64,000 nt of DNA from Spirochaetia bacterium (GTDB taxonomy: Bacteria; Spirochaetota; Spirochaetia; DSM-16054; Sediminispirochaetaceae), in the NCBI GenBank assembly GCA_034520965.1, contig JAXHMY010000001.1, forward strand, positions 128,001 to 192,000, read 5' to 3'. Below are positions 61,060 through 64,000 of this stretch, in pieces. A program made the translations under genes and the position numbers. How positions within the stretch are numbered: the stretch's first letter is position 1; every line of letters starts with the position of its first letter. The notes below the pieces were generated by a model. That model worked only from the letters and a program-made list of their open reading frames with translations. It made no database searches and was not told the origin of the DNA.

Positions 61060-62457
61060 CTATCCTTCGTAGTACTTCTCCAGCTCTTCATCGGTGACCC
61101 TGTGCAGCTCCTCAGTCGGCAGTTTCCGCAGTACTTCCCATCCGAGATTCAAAGTCTCTTCAATGGTACGATCCTCGTCTACCGCCTGGGACACAAACTG
61201 TCGTTCAAAGGCCTCTCCAAATTCCATGTACTTGTGATCGAGGGGAGTCAACTCCTCCTCCCCTATCACTGAGGCCAGGTTACGCACATCCTTCACGTAA
61301 CTGTACGCGGCAAACAGCTGGCTGGCCAGGTGGGGATGATCTTCGCGGGTCATATCTCCGCCAATACCGTCTTTCATCAGGCGGGAAAGGGAGGGCAGCC
61401 CCGCGACCGGCGGGTAGATATTGCGGCCGTTCATTTCCCGTTCAAATACAATCTGTCCCTCCGTAATATATCCGGTCAGGTCGGGAATCGGGTGGCTGAT
61501 ATCGTCGTTCGGCATAGTGAGTATCGGCAGCTGAGTAATAGATCCTGAACGGCCCTCTATCATCCCGGAGCGCTCATAGAGCTCAGCCAAATCGGAATAG
61601 AGATAGCCCGGGTAACCCTTTCGGGAGGGAATTTCGCCGCGGAGGGTGGAAACCTCCCGCAGAGATTCACAGTAATTGGCCATATCGGTCATTATAACCA
61701 ATACGTGCATTCCCTTGTCAAAAGCCAGATACTCAGCCAGGGTCAAGGCCGAACGGGGAGTTATCAGCCTTTCTATAGATGGATCATCCGCCAGAGAAAG
61801 AAACAGGGCCACATTCTCAAGCACCCCGGAACTCTCGAAGGAGTCGATAAAGTAGCGGGCAACATCGTGCTTTACCCCCATTGCGGCAAACACAACGGCA
61901 AAGTTACTCTCGCCACCCCGGATCTTTGCCTGGCGGGTAATTTGGGCGGCCAACTCGTTGTGGGGCAAACCGTTGCCTGAGAAAATCGGCAGTTTCTGTC
62001 CCCGGATAAGAGTATTCATCCCGTCAATGACCGAAATGCCGGTCTGGATAAAATCGCGGGGATACAAGCGGGCAGTCGGATTAACCGGCGAGCCGTTTAC
62101 ATCCCGCTCCTCCTCTCCAACCGGCGCCGGACCATCATCAATCGGCACCCCCAGGCCGTTAAAGACCCGCCCAAGCATGCCCTCGCTCACCTCCAGCGAG
62201 AGGGGCTCACCGCGAAATCGCACCCGGGTAGAGGGCATGGTAAGCTCGGTGGTACCCTCAAACACCTGCACTACAACCACATCCTCGGAGGTGTCCAGCA
62301 CCTGCCCCAAACGGGTATGGCCGGTTTTATCAACCACCTCCACCAATTCCTGATACCCCACCGGATGGGTCTTGCGCACATAGACCAGGGGGCCGTCGAT
62401 CTTATCCACCCCCACATATTCGCGGCCCGCTAACAGGCTTCTATCACTACTCTTCAT
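61060..62457 (-). CDS. ntpB: V/A-type ATP synthase subunit B
   Basis: [46 protein letters not shown]. Confidence 0.95.
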   Translation of the reverse strand: MKSSDRSLLAGREYVGVDKIDGPLVYVRKTHPVGYQELVEVVDKTGHTRLGQVLDTSEDVVVVQVFEGTTELTMPSTRVRFRGEPLSLEVSEGMLGRVFNGLGVPIDDGPAPVGEEERDVNGSPVNPTARLYPRDFIQTGISVIDGMNTLIRGQKLPIFSGNGLPHNELAAQITRQAKIRGGESNFAVVFAAMGVKHDVARYFIDSFESSGVLENVALFLSLADDPSIERLITPRSALTLAEYLAFDKGMHVLVIMTDMANYCESLREVSTLRGEIPSRKGYPGYLYSDLAELYERSGMIEGRSGSITQLPILTMPNDDISHPIPDLTGYITEGQIVFEREMNGRNIYPPVAGLPSLSRLMKDGIGGDMTREDHPHLASQLFAAYSYVKDVRNLASVIGEEELTPLDHKYMEFGEAFERQFVSQAVDEDRTIEETLNLGWEVLRKLPTEELHRVTDEELEKYYEG

Positions 62458-64000
62458 AGAGAGACTCCAATCTGTCGAATGATCGTTCTAGACGGGCCTG
62501 CAGTTTGTCGAAAGAGGCCTCATCGTCGTTTTCGATGTTGAACTTCATCTTTACCAGGTCTTGCACCACCTTCATTTTACGGAGCCGGACAATGGTGGCC
62601 CCCTGCTTGATGGCATCCCGCCCCTTGCGCCAATAGGTAAGAATCAGTTCCAGCATGCGGGCCTGCTTCATAACTGTGGAATAACGGTCCACATCGTCAA
62701 ATGCATTCTGCTGTAGAAAGCCGTTTTTAAATAAACTGCAGACTTCTATAACAAAACGCTGACTGTCGGGAAGGGCATCAGGTCCTACTAACTTTACCAC
62801 CTGCTGCAATCGTACCTCCCGCTGGAGCAGATCCATAATCTCACGCCGGTCTTCGGCCCACTGCTCGCCCGCCTGCTGCGTCCAATAGCCGATAATATCG
62901 TTGATGTACTCGGAATAACTCTCTAACCATCCAATAGCCGGATAGTGACGGGCGTTGGCCAGCTGCCGGTCCAGAGCCCAAAAACAGCGAACAAAGCGCT
63001 TGGTATGCTGGGTTACCGGCTCGGAAAAATCGCCCCCCGGAGGCGAAACAGCCCCGATAATCGAGACCGAACCCTCTCTGTCCGAGAGGGTATTCATAAT
63101 ACCCGCCCGCTCGTAAAACTCCGCAACCCGGGTGGGAAGGTAGGCGGGAAAACCCTCTTCCGCCGGCATCTCTTCCATCCGTCCCGAGAGCTCACGCAGG
63201 GCCTCCGCCCAGCGGCTGGTTGAGTCGGCCATAATAGCCACATGGTAGCCCTGGTCGCGGTAATACTCCGCCAGGGTCACTCCGGTATAAATACTGGCCT
63301 CCCGGGCTGAGACCGGCATGTTGGAGGTATTGGCAATTAGAATAGTCCGTTCCATCAGACTGGTACCGGTACGCGGGTCGACCAGTTCGGGGAACTCGGT
63401 CAGCACATCGGTCATCTCGTTCCCCCGCTCACCGCAGCCGATATACACAATGATGTCCGCATCGCACCATTTGGCAATGGCATGTTGGGTCATGGTTTTA
63501 CCGGTACCGAAGCCCCCGGGAATTGCCACGGTACCCCCCTTCGAAAGGGGAAACAGGGTATCAATAACACGTTGGCCGGTAATCAGTGGAGTGGTCAGGG
63601 GCATCCGTTGGGCAGTTGGTCGCGGGTTTCGGATAGGCCAGCGCTGCATCATCGTCAGTGTATGTTCCTTACCCGCCGCGTCCTCAAGCACTGCGATCTC
63701 ATCGCTCACCGTATACTCGCCCTCAGGAGCAAGCGACTTCAGTGTTCCGGAGAGCAGCGGGGGCACAATTATACGGTGTTCCACCCGCTCGCTCTCCTGA
63801 ACGCTCCCCAGAACCTGGCCACCCTTTACCTGGGCACCTGCTTCAAGCTCCGGCACGAAATGCCACTCTTTCTCCCGCTGCAGGGCCGGCTCTTCTTCAC
63901 CGCGCTCTATAAAAGCGCCGCTTCGCTCCTTCAGCCGTACCAGGGGACGCTGAATACCGTCGTAGATCTGTCCCATCAGGCCGGGCCCCAACTCAACCGA
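62447..64000 (-). CDS. ntpA: V/A-type ATP synthase subunit A (5'-truncated by window edge)
   Basis: [42 protein letters not shown]. Confidence 0.95.
   Translation of the reverse strand, partial: SVELGPGLMGQIYDGIQRPLVRLKERSGAFIERGEEEPALQREKEWHFVPELEAGAQVKGGQVLGSVQESERVEHRIIVPPLLSGTLKSLAPEGEYTVSDEIAVLEDAAGKEHTLTMMQRWPIRNPRPTAQRMPLTTPLITGQRVIDTLFPLSKGGTVAIPGGFGTGKTMTQHAIAKWCDADIIVYIGCGERGNEMTDVLTEFPELVDPRTGTSLMERTILIANTSNMPVSAREASIYTGVTLAEYYRDQGYHVAIMADSTSRWAEALRELSGRMEEMPAEEGFPAYLPTRVAEFYERAGIMNTLSDREGSVSIIGAVSPPGGDFSEPVTQHTKRFVRCFWALDRQLANARHYPAIGWLESYSEYINDIIGYWTQQAGEQWAEDRREIMDLLQREVRLQQVVKLVGPDALPDSQRFVIEVCSLFKNGFLQQNAFDDVDRYSTVMKQARMLELILTYWRKGRDAIKQGATIVRLRKMKVVQDLVKMKFNIENDDEASFDKLQARLERSFDRLESLYEE

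Overview
A 64 kb chromosomal segment of an anaerobic, probably halotolerant Spirochaetia (inferred from the LSAGGQSE-type binding-protein N-terminus, V-type ATPase, CheX and ablAB). In order it carries: signalling genes (PAS kinase, ECF sigma, REC-PP2C, STAS remnant); an Fe3+ ABC transporter; DUF4954-SIS; a GmhB-Sua5 fusion facing trmO; a degenerate HD-GYP protein; a four-gene cstA/small protein/ArsA-Get3 ATPase/membrane-anchored protein operon; a rubrerythrin-like gene; an array of four long hairpins; ablAB; fprA, corA, queG and a stand-alone PurH cyclohydrolase domain; an iorAB/acyl-CoA synthetase/aminotransferase module; rph; an RHH regulator with znuCB; a xanthine-dehydrogenase-like trio facing a Mo-bisPGD/MFS/GntR operon; proC, serS, pncB, neuB-like; a chemotaxis cluster without cheW whose CheA carries an MshEN-like motif; and the end of a V-ATPase operon. 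I found no rRNA, tRNA, CRISPR array, transposase or prophage. About ten genes in the first 36 kb are split by small indels, most likely long-read consensus errors. Best novelty candidates: the cstA operon, whose last gene resembles eukaryotic CCDC47 (PAT complex) next to a Get3-like ATPase, and the alternating REPIN-like hairpin array at 19.2-19.5 kb. All family calls come from motif recognition by eye, with no database searches.
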